A stretch of DNA of 39,003 bases from positions 1 to 39,003 of the forward strand of contig CAYUBC010000001.1 of NCBI GenBank assembly GCA_964442885.1, written 5' to 3'. Positions 26,581 to 35,360 of this stretch are shown here, piece after piece (the stretch's first letter is position 1; each line of letters begins with the position of its first letter). This stretch comes from an uncultured bacterium. Its GTDB lineage: Bacteria > Cyanobacteriota > Cyanobacteriia > Phormidesmidales > Phormidesmidaceae. Below the pieces are notes generated by a model. It was given only the letters and a program-made list of their open reading frames with translations. It was not told where the DNA came from and did not search any database. The translations under genes and the position numbers were made by a program.

Positions 26581-26862
26581 ATGGCCGCTCTGCTAAGCCC
26601 CGATACCATCCAAGTCAGGTTGAGCCACCTGCCAGACTGGAGCTTGAACGGTAAAATCATTACCTGCACCCGAACGTTTAAGGACTTTATTGCCGCCGTC
26701 AACTTTGTGAATCGGCTGGTTGAACCCGCAGAGGCGGCTGGTCATCACCCTGACCTGGCTATTTCCTACAATCGGGTGACTATTGAGCTTACCACCCACG
26801 ACGCGGGTGGTCTGACTGAGAAGGATTTTGCTCTGGCTGAAGTAATCACTCACATTGACTGA
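26581..26862 (+). CDS. phhB: 4a-hydroxytetrahydrobiopterin (pterin-4-alpha-carbinolamine) dehydratase
   Basis: F.DF..A..FVN, AE.AGHHPD, LTTHDAGGLTEKDF.LA. Confidence 0.94.
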   Translation: MAALLSPDTIQVRLSHLPDWSLNGKIITCTRTFKDFIAAVNFVNRLVEPAEAAGHHPDLAISYNRVTIELTTHDAGGLTEKDFALAEVITHID

Positions 26863-27486
26863 TTACCAATCGCCCACCAGAACAGGTAAAGCCTCTCCAG
26901 CCGCGGTGACGAGGACGAGAGGAAGCGATTGACTCTGCTCAAGCCGGGGAAATTGCACCAGTTGGAGTCCAGATTCCCCTGGCTCAACGGTCATTACGTA
27001 CTGGTTATCCTGCCATTCCAGGGCCAACAGACGATGATGCATCAGCCAGACCTCGGCCATGGCTCCATCGTTAATCTGGTTGGGTTGTTCACCGCTGTAG
27101 CAGTCCCAGGTGGCTTCCATTGCCGTCCATAGACCAGAGAGATAGAGGGGATCGGTGCGCGCGCTCAAGCCGTAGGTGGTGAAGGAGAAGGCTTCATGGG
27201 TCCACCAGGCTTTGGCAACGCTGAGCAGGGGCTCTTCCTGGAGCGCTACTCCGTAGCGAGGCATGGACTGTAATTGCTTTTCTTGCACCTGCTGGGAGGG
27301 CCGCTGCCAGTCGGGCAGGCTCAAACAAATTTCGACCGGCAGATCGGCCTCTGGGGGCTGCTCTGCTTGGCTGACTGCCTCAGCGATGAGGGCTGCTCTG
27401 GCAGATGGGGGCACAATCCCCGCTAACACGCTGGCTGAGGTGGTAGTCGTAACCACCACTAAAGTAAACGGTAGAATTCGCAGCAT
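26863..27486 (-). CDS. Hypothetical exported protein
   Basis: 207-aa ORF with a signal-like N-terminus and a Trp-rich body (YGLSARTDPLYLSGLW). Confidence 0.7.
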   Translation of the reverse strand: MLRILPFTLVVVTTTTSASVLAGIVPPSARAALIAEAVSQAEQPPEADLPVEICLSLPDWQRPSQQVQEKQLQSMPRYGVALQEEPLLSVAKAWWTHEAFSFTTYGLSARTDPLYLSGLWTAMEATWDCYSGEQPNQINDGAMAEVWLMHHRLLALEWQDNQYVMTVEPGESGLQLVQFPRLEQSQSLPLVLVTAAGEALPVLVGDW

Positions 27487-27829
27487 AAAAATTACAGGCC
27501 AGCTTGTTAAGCTGACTGAACAGGGGTTAACGCAGGTAGGCGTAGCCTCTCTTGAAAAGCTCTTGAGGCGGCTGAAAGTGAAGAAAGGGCTGGTTATGAA
27601 ACCACGCCGATCCCAGTAGGGAAGATCGACGCAGCTTAGCCAAGATTCTTAGGTGGTGGCCTTAGATCCTTGGGGAAGCTTACTCTCATGAGTGCCGACG
27701 GGCAACACACTATTAAGATAGCGGGTTAATTCCCCAATGCGGGTTAACTGTGACCCACTTTTGAGGATTTTTAAGATCTTTCTAAAAGCCGGGTCGCTAT
27801 CTCTCTGGAAGCTTTAAATTACTGCCTGT

Positions 27830-28927
27830 CTAGCTGTGCTTGGGCTCGGTGCCAAGCGCAGCCGTAGGCAAAATGAGCATCGCATCGCCAAAGGAATAGA
27901 AGCGGTAGCCTTGCTGAATGGCTTCGTTGTAAAGGTCAAGCAGCCGCTCTCGGCCAATTAGAGCGCTAACTAGCATCAGCAGGCTCGATCCTGACAGATG
28001 GAAATTCGTGATCAGGCCATCAATCACCCGGAACTGATAGCCAGGGTAAACATAGAGGTTCGTCTTACCCTGGAAGGGCTCCAACCCGCCCCCCAGGGCC
28101 GCCCCCTCCAGGGCTCGCACTACCGTTGTGCCCACGGCAATTACTCGCCCACCTCTGGCCTTAGTCGCGTTAATGAGTTCCACGGTTGTGGACGGCACAT
28201 CAATCCACTCCCCATGCATTTTGTGCTCCCGGATGTTGTTGGCTTCCACCGGGCGAAAGGTACCAACCCCAACGTGTAGGGTAATCAGCGATCGCTGAAT
28301 CCCCTTCGCCTCAAGCCGTTCAAACACGGCATCCGTAAAATGCAGCCCTGCCGTAGGCGCGGCTACGGCCCCTGGTGACTCTGCATAGATAGTTTGATAC
28401 TGCTCCGCAGTCGCCTCATTATCCGTGATGTAGGGCGGCAACGGCACTTCCCCGAGGCGTTCAAACACGGCATAGAGCGGTTCCTGGCTGGTATGCTCAA
28501 ACCGGAGAATGCGCCCGTTCGTATCGGGATCAGTCTCCAAGACGTAGGCCACTAGGTCGGGCTGTTGGGGATCAATTCCAAAATGGATTATTGCACCTGG
28601 CTTTAACCGTCGTCCCGGTCGCACCAGGGCCAACCAGTGGTCGGCGGTCTTCTCCTCCAGCAAAAACACTTCCACATGAGCCCCCTCTGGCTTTTGACCC
28701 AACAGCCGGGCCGGGATCACGCGGGTGTTGTTGAGCACCAGTAAATCTCCGGGCTCTAGCCAATCGGCTAAATCGCGAAAATGGGCATGAACATGGCTGT
28801 TTGCCGAATTAATGACCAAAAGCCGCGAGCTATCTCTGGGTTTGGCTGGGGTTTGGGCAATTTGCTCGGCGGGCAGTGTGTATTGATAGGCTGATAGGGA
28901 ATAATCTGCGGAGTCAGAATTGGGCAT
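27830..28927 (-). CDS. queA: S-adenosylmethionine:tRNA ribosyltransferase-isomerase
   Basis: [58 protein letters not shown]. Confidence 0.97.
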   Translation of the reverse strand: MPNSDSADYSLSAYQYTLPAEQIAQTPAKPRDSSRLLVINSANSHVHAHFRDLADWLEPGDLLVLNNTRVIPARLLGQKPEGAHVEVFLLEEKTADHWLALVRPGRRLKPGAIIHFGIDPQQPDLVAYVLETDPDTNGRILRFEHTSQEPLYAVFERLGEVPLPPYITDNEATAEQYQTIYAESPGAVAAPTAGLHFTDAVFERLEAKGIQRSLITLHVGVGTFRPVEANNIREHKMHGEWIDVPSTTVELINATKARGGRVIAVGTTVVRALEGAALGGGLEPFQGKTNLYVYPGYQFRVIDGLITNFHLSGSSLLMLVSALIGRERLLDLYNEAIQQGYRFYSFGDAMLILPTAALGTEPKHS

Positions 28928-29040
28928 AGGCTTCTCAGGTTGGGTGGATACACCCAGGTCAGGTCGGGGGGAATGCCCCTAACCGCAAACGTGCCCAGGC
29001 ACAACAATAGAAACTGTAGCACCTGGTCCCCATATCAATA

Positions 29041-29430
29041 ATGGAATACACCTACTATCTAGCTAACGCCAGCTTGACCCTCCGTGTGGTTGAACATTTG
29101 TTGGGTACCCCAAGGTTGCCCCTGGAGTTTATGACGGTGATTCATCAGATTGATGGATGGGTCATTCGTATCAAAATGGAGGATGCTATTGAGGCCTCCA
29201 ATGCGGAAGACTTTCGGGCCTACATGAACGAACTAGGGATTTCCTACGATCCTGGCATTCGTGTTCGCATGGCTCTGTGGGGGCTAGAGACCGGCCAATC
29301 TCCCGTAGATGTGATGCGCCGCTACCAGGTGGCTATTGTGTCCCACGGCAAGCCCGACCGTGAAGAAATTGAAGCGTTTCGCCGCCAGTTTGTGATGGGG
29401 CTGGGCTACTGCCCCGAAACCCTGGCCTAA
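29041..29430 (+). CDS. Conserved cyanobacterial hypothetical protein
   Basis: 129-aa ORF MEYTYYLANASLTLRVV...GLGYCPETLA, followed by a terminator. Confidence 0.8.
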   Translation: MEYTYYLANASLTLRVVEHLLGTPRLPLEFMTVIHQIDGWVIRIKMEDAIEASNAEDFRAYMNELGISYDPGIRVRMALWGLETGQSPVDVMRRYQVAIVSHGKPDREEIEAFRRQFVMGLGYCPETLA

Positions 29431-29466
29431 ACTTTTGTCCGGTTCAACCATGATGCAATCTCTGCT

Positions 29467-29491
29467 GGGCAGTTCTAGGACTGCCCTTTTT
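29467..29491 (+). terminator. Rho-independent terminator
   Basis: gggcagtt-ctag-gactgccc followed by ttttt. Confidence 0.8.
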
Positions 29492-29648
29492 ATTGGGCGA
29501 TCGCTTTTATTGAGCGATTGTTCATTCAGTACTGGTCTTTGAAGCGCAGCCCGTTGCGACCTAAAGAATTAATGGGCCGCCTGTGGGAATATTGACAGAC
29601 CCCTGGGAAATCCGCTTAATTAGCGGATACTTAACCCAGCCGCTGTCT

Positions 29649-31235
29649 ATGACCATAGCTCACTCTAGACCAACCCGGGGCGTTGTTGCAGCCGGCCATG
29701 CCCTCACCGCTGAGGCGGGAGCCGAGATGCTGCGCCAGGGTGGTAATGCCTTTGATGCCGCCATTGCCGCCGCGTTTACAGCCTGCGTAACCGAGTCGCC
29801 GCTGACCTCTCTGGGCGGGGGTGGCTTTTTGCTGGCTCACACAGCCGCGGGGCAAAACCGCTTATTTGACTTCTTCTGCCAGACTCCCCAGGCAAAACGC
29901 TCGCCAGACAACCTGCAGTTTTTCCCCATCGAAGCGAATTTTGGCGATACGGTGCAGGAATTTCATATCGGGCTGGGGGCGATCGCGGTACCGGGCAGCA
30001 TCGCCGGCCTCTTGACCATTCATCAGCAGTTGGGGCGTTTGCCGCTAAAAACCATCATCGCGCCAGCCCAGCACTGGGCTGCTCAGGGCACCAGAATCGA
30101 GCCATTTCGAGCCTACTGTTTCCAAATTTTGGCACCTATCCTTACGGCTACTCCAGCCGCCAGAGCCATCTATGCCCCGGTTGGCAGACTGCTCCAGGAG
30201 GGGGAGCGCTTTTACCTGACCGATTTTGCCGAGTTCCTGACCGAATTGCTGCATCAAGGAGCCGATCTCATCTATCAAGGTCGGGTAGCCCACCAGCTCG
30301 CTCACGATTGCCAGACCCACGGCGGCCATTTAACCCTAGCCGACCTCCAGGCTTATCGAATGATTGAGCGGCAGCCTCTCACCGTCCCCTACCGGGACAC
30401 CACCCTGTTGACCAACCCACCGCCTAGTTCCGGCGGTGCCCTCATTGCCTTTGCCCTTAGCCTGCTGGCTACCGTTAGCTCAGGTTTGGGGGATCATGGC
30501 AACCCTGGCCACGTGGCCACGCTGCGGGAGGTGATGCGCCTGACCAACCTAGCCCGTCAAGATGGCTACGACCAGCACCTCTATCAGCAGGATATTGCCC
30601 AGCAATTTTTGAGTACCGCCCACACCGAGGCCTACCGCCACCAGTTGAAGGTCAGCCTGCAGAATGCCGCCATCAACAAGTGGGGCAGCACGACTCACAT
30701 TAGCGCCCTTGATGAAGACGGTAACGCTGTCAGTATAACCACCTCCAATGGCGAGGGGGCCGCCTACGTCATTCCAGGTACAGGGGTGATGATGAACAAC
30801 ATGCTGGGGGAAGAAGACCTCAACCCCCACGGCTTTCACCAATGGCCCCCCAACCAGCGGATTTCCTCCATGATGGCCCCCACCATTGTGCTAGAGAATG
30901 GACTACCCCGGCTGGTGCTGGGGTCTGGCGGCTCTAACCGGATTCGCACGGCCATTTTGCAGGTGATCTCCAACGTGCTGGACTTTGGCATGGAGCTTGA
31001 AACTGCCGTCAATGCGCCTCGGCTGCACTGGGAGCGCGGCGAACTGCATCTGGAACCAGGCTACGACCGCGATGCCCTGGAGAGCCAGGGGATTGGCAGC
31101 GCCGACCACTGTACCTGGTGGCAAACTCCCAACATGTTCTTTGGGGGAGTTCATGCCGTTGGCCTTACCGCCACTGGGGACTTTGCTGGCGTTGGCGACG
31201 CTCGCCGTAACGGAGCCTGCGTGGTGGTGAGTTAA
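29649..31235 (+). CDS. ggt: Gamma-glutamyltransferase family protein
   Basis: GGNAFDAAIA, GGGGF, PPPSSGG, TTHIS (Thr nucleophile), NNMLGE, SSMMAP, GSGGS.RI. Confidence 0.93.
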   Translation: MTIAHSRPTRGVVAAGHALTAEAGAEMLRQGGNAFDAAIAAAFTACVTESPLTSLGGGGFLLAHTAAGQNRLFDFFCQTPQAKRSPDNLQFFPIEANFGDTVQEFHIGLGAIAVPGSIAGLLTIHQQLGRLPLKTIIAPAQHWAAQGTRIEPFRAYCFQILAPILTATPAARAIYAPVGRLLQEGERFYLTDFAEFLTELLHQGADLIYQGRVAHQLAHDCQTHGGHLTLADLQAYRMIERQPLTVPYRDTTLLTNPPPSSGGALIAFALSLLATVSSGLGDHGNPGHVATLREVMRLTNLARQDGYDQHLYQQDIAQQFLSTAHTEAYRHQLKVSLQNAAINKWGSTTHISALDEDGNAVSITTSNGEGAAYVIPGTGVMMNNMLGEEDLNPHGFHQWPPNQRISSMMAPTIVLENGLPRLVLGSGGSNRIRTAILQVISNVLDFGMELETAVNAPRLHWERGELHLEPGYDRDALESQGIGSADHCTWWQTPNMFFGGVHAVGLTATGDFAGVGDARRNGACVVVS

Positions 31236-31609
31236 CCCCAAACTACCGCCGCCTGGCTGCGATAGTTTTTCTTCTTTAAGCCCTTACTGGAATACCCCAT
31301 TTGCAGCAGAGCCGCTTCAAACTGCTGACGGCTGATGGTGTTTTCTCGAATCCACTGACGGCAGGATCTCAGCAGGTAAGCCATAGTTACCGTCATCCCT
31401 GAACGTTCGGCCTCGTCTTTACGGCCTTTGATGTAAGTGGTCACCAAAGCGGCTTTGAACTGGGCCGCACTCACTCGGGTTTCTAAGATGCTATTCAGAG
31501 TGGTGAGCAAATCGACTTTTTGCGACGTCATACTCTCCAGAATAGCTGGGCCTTCCTGAAACTGGCTGAGCCAGTGACGTAATTCTGGTTCCGTGATGGT
31601 GGGATACAT
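31232..31609 (-). CDS. Hypothetical protein
   Basis: 125-aa ORF filling the gap between ggt and the carotenoid oxygenase; no family recognised. Confidence 0.6.
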   Translation of the reverse strand: MYPTITEPELRHWLSQFQEGPAILESMTSQKVDLLTTLNSILETRVSAAQFKAALVTTYIKGRKDEAERSGMTVTMAYLLRSCRQWIRENTISRQQFEAALLQMGYSSKGLKKKNYRSQAAVVWG

Positions 31610-31832
31610 GACATGACCTTGAGAGCACCCTAATTATTGACGCGGTCATCCCCGACTGATCCGGGAATTTCGTCAGGATGCTCAAAACTTAAACGGAGAA
31701 GCTCAGTAGGTTTACGGGCTTTTCATGAAGATTTCTTGCAGATGGTTCTGGAGCTACGTGGATCCCCAGCCAACGGGGGCTCACCATCGGTCAAATAGTT
31801 GCCAGAATTAAGGAAACCCTGACCAGCGTCCT

Positions 31833-33275
31833 ATGCCCCTTTCTCCATCCTTGCCAACCACCCCGACCCTCAGCCCCTGGGCGGGAGCAATTGCGACCCA
31901 CGCTGTTGAGTTTCCGCCCACGGCCCTGGCAGTCTTATCTGGCCAGCTCCCCCCTGGGCTGAGAGGCACCCTCTACCGCAACGGCCCAGCCCGCCTAGAG
32001 CGGGAGGGAAGTCGGGTCGATCACTGGTTCGATGGCGACGGGGCTATCTTGGGGGTGCGCTTTGATGGCAACACGGCCCTGGCTACCTACCGCTATGTTC
32101 ACTCTGCCGGTTACCTAGCGGAAGAAAATGCCAGTCAGTATCTGTATCGTGGCTATGGCAGCTTTGCCCCCGGCCCCCGCTGGCAGCGCTGGCGCACCCA
32201 GGTTAAAAATGTCGCCAATACTGCCGTGCTGGCCCTGCCGGATCGCCTCCTCGCGCTATGGGAAGGGGGGCTACCTCATCAATTAGATTTAGACACCCTC
32301 GAAACCCGGGGGCTTGATACACTCGACGCCCTTCAGCCCAGCGACAACTTTTCAGCCCATCCCAAGCGCCATCCGGGCACTGGACACCTCTTCAACTTTG
32401 GCGTGGTGGCTGGGGGTAAAGCCTATCTAAAACTCTATCGGTGCCGCCCCGATGGTCGGGTAGACAAAACCCAACGCATTGACCTGTCCGGCATTCCCCT
32501 GATTCACGATTTTGTACTGGCCGATCGTTACCTGGTTTTCTGCGTGCCACCGGTGCGGCTCAATCCGCTGCCAGCGCTGTTTGGCCTGCAAAGCTTCAGC
32601 GATGCCCTACAGTGGCAACCCAAATGGGGTACGCAGATTGTGGTCGTAGATGCTGATAGCTTTGAGGTGGTGGCCTGGAACCAGGTAGAGCCCTGGTATC
32701 AATGGCATTTTGGCCACGGTGGGTTGAACGCAGATGGCACCGTAACCTTTGATGTCGTCCGTTATCCAGACTTCACAACCAACCAACAGCTAAAGGAAGT
32801 AGCCTCTGGCCGGGTGTCTACTCCCGCCGATGCCCAACTTTGGCAATACCGCATTAATCCCCAAACCGCCGAAATTCTGGACAGCCATTGCCTGGTGGAG
32901 CGTCACTGCGAGTTTCCAGTGCCGTTCTTAGACCCAGCTGCTCCAGGGGTTGCCCTGACCTATCTCAATGTCCATTGCACTACGCCGACCCCCAAAGGAG
33001 AACTGTTTGGGGCGATCGCCCAATACAACCCCACTACCCAAAGGCTGACACTGGCTGACGCTGGTGCAGGCTACTACCCCTCTGAACCTATCCCGGTTCA
33101 AGATGCCGATACGCCCAACCAGCACTGGGTGCTGACGGTGGTGTACAACAGCCACGACCACCGCAGCGAGGTTTGGCTTTACGACGGCCACCACCTCGCA
33201 GAAGGCCCCAACTGCCGCCTTCTACTGCCAGAAGTCATTCCCCACAGTTTTCACGGTACTTGGGTGGCGGATTAA
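31833..33275 (+). CDS. Carotenoid oxygenase (CCD/RPE65 family)
   Basis: GTLYRNGP, HWFDGDG and four candidate Fe-binding His motifs (FSAHPK, LIHDF, QWHFG, SFHG.W). Confidence 0.93.
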   Translation: MPLSPSLPTTPTLSPWAGAIATHAVEFPPTALAVLSGQLPPGLRGTLYRNGPARLEREGSRVDHWFDGDGAILGVRFDGNTALATYRYVHSAGYLAEENASQYLYRGYGSFAPGPRWQRWRTQVKNVANTAVLALPDRLLALWEGGLPHQLDLDTLETRGLDTLDALQPSDNFSAHPKRHPGTGHLFNFGVVAGGKAYLKLYRCRPDGRVDKTQRIDLSGIPLIHDFVLADRYLVFCVPPVRLNPLPALFGLQSFSDALQWQPKWGTQIVVVDADSFEVVAWNQVEPWYQWHFGHGGLNADGTVTFDVVRYPDFTTNQQLKEVASGRVSTPADAQLWQYRINPQTAEILDSHCLVERHCEFPVPFLDPAAPGVALTYLNVHCTTPTPKGELFGAIAQYNPTTQRLTLADAGAGYYPSEPIPVQDADTPNQHWVLTVVYNSHDHRSEVWLYDGHHLAEGPNCRLLLPEVIPHSFHGTWVAD

Positions 33276-33301
33276 TTGTTCATACCCCTTCGATCAGAGA
33301 T

Positions 33302-35344
33302 TCAGTCAGGGGATTTGCCAAGTAAGACTAGCCGCTGCTCTGCCAGGTTTGAATTTGACGGTGTAATGGTGGCGTCGTACCACATTGACCAGTCGGCAGC
33401 AGGCCGCCAGGGCGTTGCTGCGAGGTCTGTGGTGAGCATAATCACCGCACAAAGCTCCTGGTCAGGAAAGCTAGGCGGCAGTTGGGCAGACTCGTTATCA
33501 ACCCCGACGTGCTGGAGTTTAAAGTCCTTGCCAAATTGCTGAGATAACAGCACCCAAAGGGGATATTCCCAGTCATCCTGACCGATGTATAGACCAATCC
33601 GCCGACATTGAGACTGACCAAGGGTTTCAGCGACCTGACGGTAGGGTTCAGCCAGTTCTCGCCGAGCGCCACTAAAGTACATGGCATCCCGCTCCAGGGT
33701 CAAAATAGAGGGCGATTGTTCTGCCTGCTGCTGCTGCGATACCACTGGCAAAGGCACAATAGGCCGTCGTATAGACGTGAGCCCATAGGCTAGAGCCATG
33801 ACCAGAAGACCTAGCAGGATCCCGTTCTGAACCCGCGGATGGCCAAGCGATTGGCACCCAAAACTCATGACCGGTACTCCCAAAATGACCAGGGGTAATA
33901 GCAGCCGATTGTGGAAAGGACTCCATTTCAAGGTCAAACTAAAGCAGATATAGGCCAGGAGAATTGAGATCGCCAGCAATGCCAATGGCCACAATCGTCG
34001 CCGCTCAGTCGGAAAACGAATCCATCTGCGTAGTAAGACAATGCAGCCCAACCCGAATAAAATGATGTGTATAGGTGCTCCTACAAAATCTTCGTGGGGA
34101 GCTAAGAACTTAAGGCTGGGTTGAGTTAACAAGGAAACGGTTAAGTCGGAATTTTGACTGTAGATGTCGTAACCAATCCACTCATGAAATCCTTTAATTA
34201 AGGATCGAAGAGGCCAGATCGGCAAGTTGACATACAGGTTTTTGACGAGATTAGATAGAAGGGCTTTGAGGCCCAAATTGACAACCCTGGTACCCTGATC
34301 ATCGCCTAGGAAAGTAGAGAATAATTGATGATTTCTGAAAAATACGCCAAAGGATAAGCTAAGAGCACCGACAAGTACCAGAAGGAGATGACCTAGTTGG
34401 ATTAATCCGGCTTTAATAGTTTTCCTTGGCTGGTCAAACAACCAGAAATAAAGCAGCTTGACAAGCAAAATTAAAGTCAGGGGAAAACCATAGATCAAAG
34501 CCGTTGGCTTAGTGGCTATCGCCAACGCTAGGGCGGCTGACATCCAAAATAAATCAGTTTTTCGGACTCCATCAAAGTGCATGATAAAGTACGCATAACA
34601 GCTTAACCAAAAAGCTGTTAACAAGTCGCTCTGAGTTGTAGACGCCTGCATAATAGCCATCGGAATGCTGAGGCTAATTATGGTGGTTGCCCAGGGTTGT
34701 ATCAGCCCTGGTAATACTTGTCTGGTTAATAGCCCAATCACCACAACCGATCCCAGAAATGCCACCCATTGGATGCAGTTAGCCAAATAATCACCGCCGC
34801 TCAGCAACTGCACATGGGTAATCAAATAAGCATTGCCGGGAGGAAAGGAAATTTGCCTAAGATTTGCGGTTGGATAGGGATGAATGCTTTGATTTTGAAT
34901 CCAATGCATGACCCTGGGCATGCGATAGGTCATGCTATCCCAGTTGTTAGGCGGGGCTATCAACGCTGTGACTAAGGTGCTTGCCAGAACAGCTACCGAT
35001 CCTATAAGAAATAGCTGTTCTAACCTTCCCAATCTAAACGATCTGCTGACCGAGAATGGGCTTGAAAAAGAATTTTTGAGATAGCCAGGAGATCTGCTTC
35101 TAAAAAATGCAATGACTGCCAAGTTGATTGCAGTAACAAGTAGCCAAAAGACTGCTATAGAGCCTCGATTGAGAGACTGAGATAGGCTTAAAAGCTCATT
35201 GAGTAAAACACTCAGAGTCGCCTGAAAAATGAGTGCCTGAATGAAGGCCAGGCTAAAACAATACGGCTCGTCTCGGTTCAGCACGACCCAGATGAGCCAA
35301 CTCGACAAGAATACACCCAGCAGTGGAAAGAGATAAACCGCCAT
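33302..35344 (-). CDS. Polytopic membrane glycosyltransferase (GT-C; ArnT/GT39-like)
   Basis: Many TM helices; PPNNWDSMTY.MPRV.HWIQN, QASTTQSDL, ATKPT, DDWEYPLW. Confidence 0.8.
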   Translation of the reverse strand: MAVYLFPLLGVFLSSWLIWVVLNRDEPYCFSLAFIQALIFQATLSVLLNELLSLSQSLNRGSIAVFWLLVTAINLAVIAFFRSRSPGYLKNSFSSPFSVSRSFRLGRLEQLFLIGSVAVLASTLVTALIAPPNNWDSMTYRMPRVMHWIQNQSIHPYPTANLRQISFPPGNAYLITHVQLLSGGDYLANCIQWVAFLGSVVVIGLLTRQVLPGLIQPWATTIISLSIPMAIMQASTTQSDLLTAFWLSCYAYFIMHFDGVRKTDLFWMSAALALAIATKPTALIYGFPLTLILLVKLLYFWLFDQPRKTIKAGLIQLGHLLLVLVGALSLSFGVFFRNHQLFSTFLGDDQGTRVVNLGLKALLSNLVKNLYVNLPIWPLRSLIKGFHEWIGYDIYSQNSDLTVSLLTQPSLKFLAPHEDFVGAPIHIILFGLGCIVLLRRWIRFPTERRRLWPLALLAISILLAYICFSLTLKWSPFHNRLLLPLVILGVPVMSFGCQSLGHPRVQNGILLGLLVMALAYGLTSIRRPIVPLPVVSQQQQAEQSPSILTLERDAMYFSGARRELAEPYRQVAETLGQSQCRRIGLYIGQDDWEYPLWVLLSQQFGKDFKLQHVGVDNESAQLPPSFPDQELCAVIMLTTDLAATPWRPAADWSMWYDATITPSNSNLAEQRLVLLGKSPD

Positions 35345-35360
35345 AGGCCATCAGAGAAAA

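Noticed and set aside
31621-31685. Alternative hairpins and a CUGACGA motif upstream of the 125-aa ORF (riboswitch or hammerhead?)
   Set aside because: No correctly placed GAAA or stem III for a hammerhead; the pairings are short and match no riboswitch I recognise
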